DNA from: Saprospiraceae bacterium
GTDB lineage: Bacteria; Bacteroidota; Bacteroidia; Chitinophagales; Saprospiraceae
Assembly: GCA_020629915.1 (NCBI GenBank)
Contig: JAHDCK010000046.1
Coordinates: 1-17,464 of the forward strand
Length of the DNA stretch: 17,464 nucleotides
Direction of reading: 5' to 3'
The notes beneath the pieces were generated by a model. It did no database searches. It worked only from the letters and a program-made list of their open reading frames with translations, and was not told the DNA's origin. This document shows, piece after piece, positions 1-6,583 of the stretch. The position numbers and the translations under genes were made by a program. Every line of letters begins with the position of its first letter. Position 1 is the stretch's first letter.

Positions 1-261
1 ATTAAAGGAATCTTTGTAAAATCCTCGTGGAGAATTTCCCCCTTTTGCATAACGAACTTCCTTTGGATTGTGAAAAAAACCTACAGACGCTCGGATGATA
101 TTTATATTATAATTTTTTATCTCTTCTGCGAGTTCATCCGCAAAACAGGTTTTTCCGGCTCCGTCATAGCCATCAATACCGATCAGGAAGTTATCCACCC
201 CTTTTGATTTTTCCAGAATTATCTGCGTAATTTTATGCAACAATTTAATCCTTTGATTCAT
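1..261 (-). CDS. P-loop nucleoside/nucleotide kinase family protein (uridine-kinase/thymidylate-kinase-like); 5' part only, the gene continues beyond the left edge of the window
   Basis: Reverse-complement translation from ATG (complement of 259-261) reads MNQRIKLLHKITQIILEKSKGVDNFLIGIDGYDGAGKTCFADELAEEIKNYNINIIRASVGFFHNPKEV... The Walker A motif G-x-D-G-x-D-G-A-G-K-T follows a beta-strand, as in small nucleoside/nucleotide kinases. It is divergent from the deaminase gene and shares the 70-bp region 262-331 as a promoter region. It is not in the ORF track because it runs off the window edge. Confidence 0.55.
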   Translation of the reverse strand, partial: MNQRIKLLHKITQIILEKSKGVDNFLIGIDGYDGAGKTCFADELAEEIKNYNINIIRASVGFFHNPKEVRYAKGGNSPRGFYKDSFN

Positions 262-331
262 AAATTTGTACCTTTAAAAAATTGTTTTTCCCTAAATTTA
301 TGATTTTATTCTAAATAAAAACAAATACAAA

Positions 332-769
332 ATGGACAAATTCATGGCCGAAGCCATTCGGCAGGCAAAGAAAAGTTTATCGGAAGGCGGGATTCCCATC
401 GGCTCAGTGCTGGTGAAAAACGGAGAAATTGTAGCCGCCGGACATAACAAACGCGTACAGGAAAAAAATCCTATCCTCCATGGTGAAATGGATTGCCTGA
501 ATAATGCCGGAAGAATTGGTTCTTATAAAGATTGTGTGATCTATTCTACCCTGATGCCCTGCTATATGTGTGGAGGTACGATTGTACAATTTAATATACC
601 AAAAGTTATAGTTGGCGAAAATAAAACCTTTGAAGGCTCTCAGGAATTTATGGAATCTCACGGCGTGGAAGTCGTCAATCTCATGTTGCCGGAGTGCATT
701 GACATGATGGAAAAATTTATAAAAGAAAACCCACATTTATGGTGGGAAGACATTGGAGAGCTGGATTAA
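332..769 (+). CDS. Cytosine deaminase, CDA-fold zinc deaminase of the yeast FCY1 type (not the amidohydrolase-type CodA)
   Basis: 145 aa. Zinc-ligand motifs H-G-E (HGEMDCL) and P-C-x-x-C (PCYMCGG) are present. Strong recalled similarity to S. cerevisiae Fcy1 along its whole length, including the C-terminal motif FIKENPHLWWEDIGE versus FIDERPQDWFEDIGE. ATG at 332 follows an A-rich leader. Confidence 0.8.
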   Translation: MDKFMAEAIRQAKKSLSEGGIPIGSVLVKNGEIVAAGHNKRVQEKNPILHGEMDCLNNAGRIGSYKDCVIYSTLMPCYMCGGTIVQFNIPKVIVGENKTFEGSQEFMESHGVEVVNLMLPECIDMMEKFIKENPHLWWEDIGELD

Positions 770-813
770 TTTATTCGATATAAATATAATTTTAATTCTA
801 AAAAACCAAAACT

Positions 814-2070
814 ATGTTATTAAAACATATTCTTTTTATTATATTGTCTTTCATCTTTGCTTGTAGTGAAAGTCCCGTCCAAACCAAAAATCCAACACCT
901 CTCTCTGTCAGTAAAAAAAACGGAATTAAAACCAAACTTGTTTCTTCCTCCCCTCCAATTGACTTTCGGAGTAAAGTAGAAAAAATTGATCAATCAAAAA
1001 GATATATTTATTATTATTTTAAAATGAATAAAGACTGGGGAATCTATGGAGACATCCGTGACAAAAAAGACAACCACGAGGGGCTGAACATTCTCTACCC
1101 TTCCGGCCTAAAACTCCTCAAAAGAGATTTCATGGCAGGTGCTCCCCAATCTGCCACGATAGATGGTAAAAAATTAAAATATTATACTAATTTTTTAATT
1201 ATAAGAGATCAGGTACAAGCTCAATTTACCGAAGCCGAAAAAAACTCAAAAGATTTTACTTCTCATACCGAAGATAAAAATACAGGCGGTAGGATTACAT
1301 CTACCACCTACAATCGGGTCCTTCTTGCCAATCGGGAAATTTCCATTTCTTATACGCCAATTCATCTTGAAAAAGGACAACGAGTCGCTCCAATCGAAAA
1401 AAAGAATACCATTACATTTATCGTCCCCTCAAATGTTCCTTCGACAAATCACACTTCGACCAAACAATTTGTTACTGAAAATAGATACCCTCAATTTCCC
1501 TGGCCGCCTCCAAAAGCATCCGGCACATTCGAGTTGAACAAAAAACATTTTGCCAACGCCAAAAATCTAAATGAAATTGATAATAAAATTTCTAATACTT
1601 TGCAAGAAATTGGCTATCCTCAAAAAAGCTATATGGGGATAGGCAATGATGGGTTCGCCCTGATTTGCCAAATGGAACAAACCGATGAAAACGGCCAGCC
1701 TCTTCCGAATGCCAAGCGATGGACGAAAGAAATAAATACTACCGAATTTGATTTTCTGGATATTTTACAATCAATGTTTTTTCCCTCGAAGGGATATTTT
1801 AGAATTATTGTTTTTATTGTTACAGATGAATCTTATGCTCAAAGCACAGAAAAACCAGACGCAACTGCTGCTGAAAACTGGCAATACGAAGGACTCAATC
1901 GCTTACCCTCTGAACTCGGCCAGGTCAAATTCTCAAGCGACCATTACGTTACAGCTCTTATTTATGAATTTGAACGTTTTGACTCCGGAACGGTCACTCA
2001 AAATATTCCCGGAAATATAACTTCAAAACAGCATCTGGAAGCTAATGGCTTGATAAAAAAAATAAAATAA
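814..2070 (+). CDS. Hypothetical lipoprotein (418 aa), K/N/T-rich, no recognised domain
   Basis: N-terminus MLLKHILFIILSFIFAC-SESP is a signal peptide with a lipobox-like Cys. It starts 45 bp after the deaminase stop with no terminator between, so it is probably co-transcribed. The long ORF is in an AT-rich genome where random ORFs are short. Confidence 0.7.
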   Translation: MLLKHILFIILSFIFACSESPVQTKNPTPLSVSKKNGIKTKLVSSSPPIDFRSKVEKIDQSKRYIYYYFKMNKDWGIYGDIRDKKDNHEGLNILYPSGLKLLKRDFMAGAPQSATIDGKKLKYYTNFLIIRDQVQAQFTEAEKNSKDFTSHTEDKNTGGRITSTTYNRVLLANREISISYTPIHLEKGQRVAPIEKKNTITFIVPSNVPSTNHTSTKQFVTENRYPQFPWPPPKASGTFELNKKHFANAKNLNEIDNKISNTLQEIGYPQKSYMGIGNDGFALICQMEQTDENGQPLPNAKRWTKEINTTEFDFLDILQSMFFPSKGYFRIIVFIVTDESYAQSTEKPDATAAENWQYEGLNRLPSELGQVKFSSDHYVTALIYEFERFDSGTVTQNIPGNITSKQHLEANGLIKKIK

Positions 2071-2191
2071 TTTTTATTTTATAAATAAAAATATAAAAAT
2101 AGTTGTGAAAATTTTATGGAATCGAATCGATTTCAGCGTCTTATTATTGTAAGCAATTTTAATTCAAATTTAATTACAATAATAAATAACG

Positions 2192-2611
2192 ATGAAATAC
2201 CTGATTTGCCTTTTCGTTTTATCCCTTGGAATTTCCCTGCATGCCCAAAATATCTTAACTGCCGAACAAGCTGCTCAAAAAACCGGAGAAGCGGTCACCC
2301 TCACCGGAACCGTAGTTGAAGTTTTTCCTGCCGTCCCTAACCCCGGACAACCCCTTTATGTCAATATCGATCGGCCCTACCCTTTCAACCCAATCGTCAT
2401 CACCATCCACCCAACTTCGGTTAAAACATTTGATATTTATAAATATTTAGAAAAAGAAGTTCTCATTTCGGGAACAGTTGGTTGGTATAATTCTGAATCA
2501 ATGGAACGGAATTTGCCTAGAATACAAATAAATAACTCCAGCCAAATTCAACTCGCTAATCCACTTCCGGACGGCGTTGAAATGGCCATGAAAAACCTTA
2601 ATGAAAAATAA
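2192..2611 (+). CDS. Hypothetical secreted protein (139 aa)
   Basis: Signal peptide MKYLICLFVLSLGISLHA-QN. The ORF is complete with an AT-rich upstream region. No domain recognised. Confidence 0.6.
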   Translation: MKYLICLFVLSLGISLHAQNILTAEQAAQKTGEAVTLTGTVVEVFPAVPNPGQPLYVNIDRPYPFNPIVITIHPTSVKTFDIYKYLEKEVLISGTVGWYNSESMERNLPRIQINNSSQIQLANPLPDGVEMAMKNLNEK

Positions 2612-2769
2612 GTTATATTAAAGTCTGTAATCCCAAAAACCATAGCGTTTGTCAAATGAAAATTTTGGCAGGCGCTTTTCTTTTCTATTCAAGTACTCAA
2701 TTTTGTGTTGCCAATAAGTTGAGATGAGTTTTTGATAGAGTATTAGAAATTAACCGTCAGAAACAAGTG

Positions 2770-2860
2770 AAAGACCAGTTTGCTGTAGGTGCAGGTGGGA
2801 CACCTGACACAAAAACTCTTTTCCCGTCAGGTGTTTCACCTGACGGATTCAAGGCTCAAT
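2770..2860 (+). repeat. Copy 1 (partly degraded) of a dispersed dimeric-palindrome intergenic repeat (REP/BIME-like)
   Basis: Hairpin A 2789-2810 is gtgcaggtg-gga-cacctgacac; it has a 1-nt deletion in the 5' arm relative to copies 2 and 3. Hairpin B 2825-2845 is cgtcaggtg-ttt-cacctgacg, a perfect 9-bp stem. It shares the leader tttgctg and the spacer aaaaNctcttttcc with the other copies. Confidence 0.75.
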
Positions 2861-2977
2861 GCTTTTTTTCTTACTGTGGTTAAATTAGATTACCTGCTTA
2901 GGTCCTTCTCCCTGAACTTTTTCCAGCTTACTTTTGTAACTTTGTTTGTAATTATTATTTAAATTAAATTTTAAAAA

Positions 2978-4075
2978 ATGTCAAAGAAAGGCCGTGTATT
3001 GGTGGCCATGAGTGGTGGAATTGACAGCACGATGGCTGCAGTACTCCTGCACGAGCAGGGTTATGAAGTAATTGGCGTCACCATGAAAACCTGGGACTAT
3101 GCCAATTCTGGTGGAAACAAAAAGGAAACGGGTTGCTGTAGTCTGGACAGCATCAACGATGCCCGGGCTATTGCCGTACATTTGGGTTTCCATCATTTTA
3201 TCGTAGACATTCGCGATGAATTTGGGGATTATGTGATTGACAATTTTGTGGACGAGTACATGGCTGGCCGTACTCCCAACCCCTGCGTCCTTTGCAATAC
3301 CCACATCAAGTGGGAATCCATGCTCAAGCGAGCCGATGCCCTCGATTGCGAATTTATTGTCACAGGGCACTACGCCATCATCAATGAACATGAAGGAAGA
3401 AAATATATAACAAAAGCTGTAGATGATCTAAAAGATCAGTCCTATGTGCTATGGGGATTGAGTCAGGAGTGCATGCACCGCTCTCAGTTTCCGCTAGGAG
3501 AATTTACCAAGACGCAGGTGCGGCAAATGGCCTTTGAAAGAGGCTTTACGGAATTATCCAAGAAGGGCGAAAGCTATGAAATCTGCTTTGTCCCGGATAA
3601 TGATTATCGCGGATTCCTCAAGCGGCGGGTGAAGGGACTGGAAGAAGAAGTGGCCGGAGGAGTTTTTGTAGATAAGCACGGTGCCGTTATTGGCAAGCAT
3701 CAGGGCTATCCTTTTTATACCATAGGTCAGCGCAAGGGATTGGGCATGGCTTTTGGCAAGCCGATGTTTGTAACGGAAATCATCCCGGATACAAATACGG
3801 TTGTGTTGGGTGAAATGGATGACTTACATAGAAATGGGATGACCGTTTATAAAATCAATTCTATGAAGTACGAAACGATTCCGGATGGAATGGAAGCGGT
3901 TACTCAGATTCGATACAACTCTCCCGGTTCCCTGAGTAAGCTCACCAATCTTGGAGATCAGGTGCAGGTAGATTTTTATTCCAACGTCCGGGGCGTTGCG
4001 CCGGGGCAGTCTGCTGTATTTTATGATGGAGATGATGTGATTGGTGGTGGTATAATATATGGTAGTTTGAAGTAG
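2978..4075 (+). CDS. mnmA: tRNA-specific 2-thiouridylase MnmA (tRNA 5-methylaminomethyl-2-thiouridine synthesis)
   Basis: 365 aa. N-terminal PP-loop VLVAMSGGIDSTMAAVLL. Conserved Cys residues and overall MnmA-like sequence (CVLCNTHIKW, DQSYVLW). C-terminus is typical of MnmA. Confidence 0.93.
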   Translation: MSKKGRVLVAMSGGIDSTMAAVLLHEQGYEVIGVTMKTWDYANSGGNKKETGCCSLDSINDARAIAVHLGFHHFIVDIRDEFGDYVIDNFVDEYMAGRTPNPCVLCNTHIKWESMLKRADALDCEFIVTGHYAIINEHEGRKYITKAVDDLKDQSYVLWGLSQECMHRSQFPLGEFTKTQVRQMAFERGFTELSKKGESYEICFVPDNDYRGFLKRRVKGLEEEVAGGVFVDKHGAVIGKHQGYPFYTIGQRKGLGMAFGKPMFVTEIIPDTNTVVLGEMDDLHRNGMTVYKINSMKYETIPDGMEAVTQIRYNSPGSLSKLTNLGDQVQVDFYSNVRGVAPGQSAVFYDGDDVIGGGIIYGSLK

Positions 4076-4102
4076 AATTTATTTTATAATACAATAAAAA
4101 AA

Positions 4103-4137
4103 TCCCTGATAGTTTAAAAACTATCAGGGATTTTTTT
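4103..4137 (+). terminator. Rho-independent terminator of mnmA
   Basis: tccctgatagttt / aaactatcaggga is a perfect 11-13 bp stem, followed by T7 (4131-4137) and preceded by an A-run, so it is possibly bidirectional. Confidence 0.8.
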
Positions 4138-4140
4138 ATT

Positions 4141-4326
4141 GCCCATATTCGAAAGTTCCAGGCAATACGGTTTATTTTTAAACAACTTTGGTTGAAACTG
4201 AAAGTTGGAATAAAATTATTGAGGTCGTGGCGGCCAGCCGCGACCTCAATACTCATCGCCGTCAAGTCGCGACTAGCAGTCACGACTTGACTACCACCAG
4301 CACTATTTATTACCGGAGTATTAAAA
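4141..4326 (+). ncRNA. Candidate small structured RNA or cis element bracketed by two copies of the same terminator hairpin
   Basis: Hairpins: caacttt-(11 nt)-aaagttg around 4183-4208; gaggtcgtggc-ggcca-gccgcgacctc at 4221-4247; gtcaagtcgcgac-tagca-gtcacgacttgac at 4261-4291. Both arms of the last two contain GTCGCGAC-like cores. Local GC is much higher than the flanking DNA. The only ORFs are a 69-aa plus-strand and a 113-aa minus-strand ORF that run through the hairpins and terminators. Confidence 0.25.
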
Positions 4327-4359
4327 ACCCTGATAGTTTAAAGACTATCAAGGTTTTTT
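4327..4359 (+). terminator. Second terminator-like hairpin, a near-duplicate of the mnmA terminator
   Basis: ccctgatagt-ttaaag-actatcaagg plus T7. The region 4318-4364 is a roughly 90% identical direct repeat of 4095-4140. Confidence 0.55.
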
Positions 4360-4497
4360 TATTCAATTTTGTTAAATTTTTTATCATTTATCGTTAAAAA
4401 ATACAAAATAATCGAAATATTTTGACATTTTATTATAAAAAAGACAAATTATAGTTAAATAAAACAAAATATTTATCAACTCTTAAACTCTTTTATT

Positions 4498-5715
4498 ATG
4501 AACACAAAACTTAAATTAATCGGAGCAGGCGTAGTGAGCTTATTCTTAATCCTCGGGATGATTTTACTCAATCCGTTTGGGTATAACGACCAGGGATATC
4601 GACAAGTAGTCGAAACACCGACGGGAAATCGCTATGTCATTTATGGCAACGGGATGTACTGGAAATTTCCAGGATCAAAAGTGACCACCTACCCCAATGT
4701 CATTACCATTGCTAACCGGGGAAATGAAACAGGTTCCACCTTTGACGGCGGATTGATACCCATTCGCTTCAATGATGCGACAAGATCAGATGCCCAAACG
4801 GTCGTGCGGTTTAGATTACCTCCTGCGGATAGCCTGATGTTGAAATTACACTCGGAGTATATCAATAAGGAGTACCTGGCCATGAAGGGATTGCTGCCCT
4901 ACACGATTGAGTGCCTGAAAAACAGCGCCCAATTGATGGACAGCGAGCAGCATTATTCCGGTGGAAGAGCGCAACTCTCCCAGTACTTCCAGGATCAGTT
5001 GTCCGATGGATTATACATTCTGGATTCACAGGAAAAAATCTATAGAGACTCTGCGACCAACGAAGTAAAGCGATCTTATAAAACAGAAATTCGCAAAAAT
5101 TCTGCAGGTGAAGAAGTCCGCAAAGGATCGGATTTGGCTCCTTTTGGAATCGTAATCGCAAGTGCTACAATAGAAAATGTCATATATGAAAATGCTGTTG
5201 TAGAAAAACTATCCAAGAAGATCGAAGCGAGTACCAGAGAGTCCGTTTCCAAGCAGAATTTGGTAACTGCACAGCAGGAAGCGATGACTGCCGAAGCGGA
5301 GGGACGCAGAAAACTGGTTGAAATCGAGTACAAGGAGAAGGAAATCCAGACCCAGCAACTCGTACAAGCAGAGACGCAGGTCAGACTGGCAGAAAAGGAT
5401 CAGGAAAAGCAGAAGATTGCTTTGCAGGCAGCAAAACTTGAGGCAGAAAAAATCAAAGCATTGGCAGATGCAGAGGCTTATTCTAAATCAAAAGTCATGC
5501 AGGCAGACGGCGCACTGGAGAAAAAACTGACTACTTACAAGGAGACTCAGAAGATGTGGGCGGATGCTTTCTCCAACTACAAAGGCAATATGGTTCCCTT
5601 GTATCAGACCGGAGGCGGAGGTGCAAAATCTAGTAATGCTGGCACTGATTTCATGCAAATTATGACATTGAAAGCAGCCAAAGACCTGAATTTAGATATG
5701 TCCGTAAAGAAATAG
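4498..5715 (+). CDS. SPFH / band-7 domain membrane protein (flotillin/prohibitin-like) with a long C-terminal coiled coil
   Basis: 405 aa. N-terminal TM helix LIGAGVVSLFLILGMILL, then an SPFH-like core, then about 150 aa of A/E/K/Q-rich heptad-like sequence (QQEAMTAEAEGRRKLVEIEYKEKEIQTQQLVQAETQVRLAEKDQEKQKIALQAAKLEAEKIKALADAEAY). Confidence 0.75.
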   Translation: MNTKLKLIGAGVVSLFLILGMILLNPFGYNDQGYRQVVETPTGNRYVIYGNGMYWKFPGSKVTTYPNVITIANRGNETGSTFDGGLIPIRFNDATRSDAQTVVRFRLPPADSLMLKLHSEYINKEYLAMKGLLPYTIECLKNSAQLMDSEQHYSGGRAQLSQYFQDQLSDGLYILDSQEKIYRDSATNEVKRSYKTEIRKNSAGEEVRKGSDLAPFGIVIASATIENVIYENAVVEKLSKKIEASTRESVSKQNLVTAQQEAMTAEAEGRRKLVEIEYKEKEIQTQQLVQAETQVRLAEKDQEKQKIALQAAKLEAEKIKALADAEAYSKSKVMQADGALEKKLTTYKETQKMWADAFSNYKGNMVPLYQTGGGGAKSSNAGTDFMQIMTLKAAKDLNLDMSVKK

Positions 5716-5760
5716 GTTCTATAGTTTAATTTTGGTTTTCAGTTGGTTATGGGCGTTGGA

Positions 5761-5792
5761 AAAAGTTCCGACGCCCTTTTTTAACTATAAAA
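5761..5792 (+). terminator. Rho-independent terminator after the SPFH gene
   Basis: gggcgttgga-aaaagt-tccgacgccc is a 10-bp stem with one G-U pair, followed by T6. Confidence 0.7.
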
Positions 5793-5915
5793 GGCATAGA
5801 ATTTGTGGCTTTCCTTTAACGAAACATTATTACTAATATTTTGTTAAAGCCTTGTAAAACAGTTTAAATTTGGTTATTTTACCGACATATCTCAATTCCA
5901 AAAACAATTCAGAGC

Positions 5916-6257
5916 ATGAAAAGACTTTTTACCTTTTTTATTTTGTTAATCACAATCAATATAGGGTTTGCACAATCATCCCCTTATGCGACGCTTTCCG
6001 GCGTTCAACTGACACCCAATCCGGTGTATGACGTAGCCAAAGTCAAATTTGAAGCGACTCGTGACGCTCACGTCACCATAGAGTTATACAATATCCTGGG
6101 TAAAAAAGTGCTGAATGCTGCCTCTGAGACGGTTCGTCCGGGAGATAATGTATTGAGTTTTAGCGTAACTGAATTGCCGCGTGGCAACTACTTCGCCCGC
6201 ATCAAAGTACTGGGAGGAGAAACGAGAACGATTCGCCTGATGCGAATTACACCTTAA
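5916..6257 (+). CDS. Small secreted protein consisting essentially of a signal peptide plus a T9SS (Por-type) C-terminal sorting domain
   Basis: 113 aa. Signal peptide MKRLFTFFILLITINIGFA-QS. The remaining roughly 90 aa match the Por_Secre_tail pattern (LTPNPVYDVAKVKF...TIELYNILGKKV...GDNVLSFSVTELPRGNYFARIKV...TIRLMRI). Confidence 0.75.
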   Translation: MKRLFTFFILLITINIGFAQSSPYATLSGVQLTPNPVYDVAKVKFEATRDAHVTIELYNILGKKVLNAASETVRPGDNVLSFSVTELPRGNYFARIKVLGGETRTIRLMRITP

Positions 6258-6304
6258 AAAAATTTTATAAGTAAAACCGGGCAATGCTCTTCCGGTTTTC
6301 AAAG

Positions 6305-6349
6305 AAATGATTTGCTTACCTTTGTAAGCAAATCATTTTTTTTTGGATT
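6305..6349 (+). terminator. Strong Rho-independent terminator; 15-bp perfect stem plus T-run. A weaker hairpin at 6265-6288 precedes it.
   Basis: aaatgatttgcttac-cttt-gtaagcaaatcattt followed by ttttttttt. Upstream, aaccgg-(11 nt)-ccggtttt. Confidence 0.8.
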
Positions 6350-6390
6350 GAACCCAAACCCCACCTAAATTGTTTTTCTTAGGAATGGTG

Positions 6391-6566
6391 AATTAATAAA
6401 CATTATCACGAGAAATTGATTATATCCAAACTGTAATTTTTAAAATATCCTGCGTTATTTCCCTCAACTGTAGCTCCGGCTACGCTTTTCGGAAAATGCC
6501 TTGCCTATTTTTAAAATTACAATTTGTCCTTCATAAAAAACTTCTCGTGATAATGTTTAATAAATT
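6391..6566. mobile_element. MITE-like unit: about 170 bp bounded by 18-bp perfect (roughly 40-bp imperfect) terminal inverted repeats, no coding capacity
   Basis: 6397-6414 taaacattatcacgagaa is the exact reverse complement of 6542-6559 ttctcgtgataatgttta. The inverted repeat continues imperfectly inward (aaactgtaatttttaaaatatcc versus cctatttttaaaattacaatttg). The loop contains the small hairpin gtagc-tccg-gctac. Confidence 0.4.
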
Positions 6567-6583
6567 CGGCTCTAAATGATTTC

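Noticed and set aside
404-736. 110-aa minus-strand ORF inside the cytosine deaminase gene
   Set aside because: It is fully antisense to a well-supported, conserved CDS, a typical shadow ORF.
1325-2319. Plus-strand ORFs 1325-1537 and 1748-2020 (alternative frames inside the 418-aa lipoprotein gene) and 2116-2319 overlapping the start of the 139-aa gene
   Set aside because: They are out-of-frame overlaps with longer ORFs that have signal peptides. The 2116-2319 ORF would read through the promoter/RBS region of the 2192 gene.
4188-4397. 69-aa plus-strand ORF and 113-aa minus-strand ORF (3942-4283) in the mnmA to SPFH gap
   Set aside because: Both run straight through perfect hairpins and T-runs of two terminators. 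The composition is dominated by the GC-rich palindromes, and the minus ORF overlaps the mnmA 3' end antisense. They are structural-DNA artefacts.
4422-4452. TTGACA hexamer upstream of the SPFH gene as a sigma-70 -35 box
   Set aside because: No acceptable -10 hexamer lies 16-19 bp downstream, and this appears to be a Bacteroidota genome where TTGACA/TATAAT logic does not apply. Left unannotated.
4862-5530. Minus-strand ORFs 4862-5161 and 5076-5333, and the plus-strand R/K/Q-rich 70-aa ORF 5318-5530
   Set aside because: All lie within the SPFH-protein CDS. The plus-strand one is an alternative frame through the A/E/K-rich coiled-coil codons. The SPFH frame is clearly the real one.
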